DNA of 64,000 nt from Octopus sinensis. Taxonomy: Eukaryota. The stretch lies in contig NC_043017.1 of the NCBI RefSeq assembly GCF_006345805.1, positions 24,428,001 to 24,492,000 of the forward strand. Direction: 5' to 3'. The position numbers were made by a program, and so were the translations under genes. Below the pieces are notes generated by a model that was given only the letters and a program-made list of their open reading frames with translations, did no database searches and had not been told where the DNA came from. This document shows positions 62,049 through 64,000 of the stretch, piece by piece (position 1 is the stretch's first letter; the number at the start of each line of letters is the position of its first letter).

Positions 62049-62278
62049 TAGGGTGGCCCAAAAGTAGGTTTACAGTTATCACGCAGGCATTTTAAATTTC
62101 TTTTAAAACATTACATTTAAATTTCTATCTTACAAACTGAAAATGGAGCTCGACAAAATTAACTAAATTAGCATAGAATAATGGTTTCATATTTTTTTAT
62201 AATTAATATCTAAACTGTTAATATATGAACACAAAAGAGATGGTTAAATAACTGTAAACCTACTTTTGGACCACTCTG
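62049..62278. mobile_element. Tc1/mariner-type MITE
   Basis: About 28-bp TIR (C/T)AG(G/A)GTGG(C/T)CCAAAAGTAGGTTTACAGTT, with TA on both sides. Confidence 0.85.
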
Positions 62279-62993
62279 TACATCGACACACACACACTCA
62301 CATCCGGCAGGCTTCTTTCAGTTCCGATATACCAAATCCACTTACAAGGCTTTGGTTGGCCCAAGGCTATAGAAGAAGACACTTGCCACTGAACCCAAAA
62401 CCATGTGATTGTACCACTGAACCCAAAACCATGTGACTGGGAATCAAGTTCTTACCACACAGCTCACCAAGACACTCATCTCTCAAATGGCTAAATGCAT
62501 ATTTCCCTGTAAATAATCATCAACTCAATACAGAGAAACTAAACGAAGCAGCAGCACTGTGGAATTAACATGAATGTCTCGTTAGTAAGCGTTTCAGAGG
62601 TGCCCTGATGACCCAACTCAATTTAAAAAGCAGTAGGAAGAGTAAAGGAGTTCCAGAATGCAATAACGATTGGGTAAAATGTTCAGTACAGTTGCAGTGA
62701 ATTCTGAGAAATTCGAACATATTTGGGTGCTGATGAGAGGAAAATAATACAACTTTAGGAACAGCACAAGTAGAGCAAGCAAACCCACATGATATTTAGT
62801 ATAGGTTACACTTGAAATGTTATATAACGGATGTTTTCGAAAGGAATATTCCTGGAAATGATCAAATTAACGTTACTAAAAAATAAGCAAGATATAGGCC
62901 AAACTAGATTACATTTCACTAATATTTACTATCTTGATGGCAGTGGAAGTAACCAAGACAACCAGACACTAGACTGAATGCATCACTATAACT

Positions 62994-63267
62994 CAGTGGT
63001 TCTCAACTGGAGTCCAAATGGCCCCTAAGAGTCTATATAAGATTTTTGGGAGTCCATATAACAAAATAAATAGTAAATTAGGGATCCACAATAGAATTTG
63101 AAGGACCCCTAAAAATCAACCTACACATGTTAATGTGTGAAAAACAAAATAAATTTGAAAACCATTTCTATAAAACTAGTTTTTAAACATTGAATGGATA
63201 TGAGGGTCCATCAGAATAAAATAGTATTCAAAGGGGTCTGTAGATAAAAAATGATTGATAACCCCTG
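62994..63267. mobile_element. hAT-type MITE
   Basis: TIR CAGTGGTTCTCAA / TTGATAACCCCTG. Flanks CTATAACT / TTGTAACT. A truncated relative starts near 60602. Confidence 0.65.
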
Positions 63268-63858
63268 TTGTAACTAGTTCAGTACCTTACTGTTCTATGT
63301 TAAGCTCTCACAAGTTCATTATCCTCCTCAGCAGCATTATAAAATCCACTTTTCCAAGCTAGCATGGATTGGACAGAGTTTGTTGAGGTTGATTTTCTAC
63401 AGTCAGATGCCCTTCCTGTTATCGAGTGAGGTAATGTTTCCCGGTAACAAGACGCATCTCTGATGATTGGAGATGAAGAACACTGCTTGCATGGCAGTGA
63501 TATGTACTTACAACTATCATGCAAGGCAAGTCGACAGTAACACATGTGCATATATACATATGTATGTGTACAAATACACACATACACACACACACATTGA
63601 CTCTCTGACCGATAACTGATGAAGAATTGGTGACCTTCTGTGTTTTCTGTCTGTCTGTGTATTTAGTATATGTTCATTTACTACACATTTTTTAAATTAT
63701 ATATATATATATATAATTGTTATTTTTTAATTATATATATATAAGTAGGTCATATTTTCCGTTTGTTGTCTTTTTATTTAATCTTGAAAATATTAGTTAT
63801 GTAACCCCCGCACTCCTTAATTTTTTACCTATATATGTGTGTGTGTGTGTGTGTGTGT

Positions 63859-64000
63859 AATTCAAAAAATAGAGGAAAAGACAAGAAATAAAACAACAAC
63901 AACGTGAGGATGTAGCACATACAGAGTATTAATAAGACACACAGAGAAGGAAAAGAGTGGTTGTTTTACATTTCGAGCAAAGTTCATCTTCAGAAACAGG
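63859..64000 (-). mobile_element. Penelope-like terminal fragment after (GT)n, truncated by the window edge
   Basis: Carries a CTGAAGA..GCTCGAAATGTA motif like 5205-5415. Confidence 0.5.
63962..63998 (-). ncRNA. Minimal type I hammerhead ribozyme-like motif
   Basis: TGTTT-CTGAAGA-T-GAAC/TTT/GCTC-GAAA-TGTA-AAACA: intact CUGANGA and GAAA, perfect 5-bp stem I, stem II with one mismatch. Confidence 0.6.

Noticed and set aside
560-63593. Remaining 60-130 aa ORFs in the track
   Set aside because: They overlap SINEs, microsatellites or MITEs, recur with repeat copies, and have low-complexity translations.

Overview
Eukaryotic, AT-rich, microsatellite- and SINE-dense genomic DNA, most consistent with an octopus genome (inferred from repeat landscape, not proven). 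The window lies inside an epsin (EPN1/2/3-lqf type) gene on the minus strand. The whole ENTH domain is in one exon (57261-57833, CDS 57261-57749). A phase-compatible 82-nt exon missed by the ORF track lies at 2117-2198, implying an intron of about 55 kb. The rest is intronic: four SINE-like families (my labels A-D), RTE, CR1-like and Hero-like LINE fragments, Penelope-like termini carrying minimal hammerhead-ribozyme motifs, and MITEs of hAT, piggyBac, Tc1/mariner, Merlin-like and Helentron-like type. Several local duplications are also present. Best leads: (1) a candidate internal promoter and M-D-R micro-exon at about 22.5-22.9 kb that could give an ENTH-less epsin or a poison exon; (2) minimal type I hammerhead motifs; (3) a composite inverted duplication just upstream of the small exon. 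No CRISPR, rRNA or true tRNA genes were seen. Boundaries of degenerate repeats are approximate.
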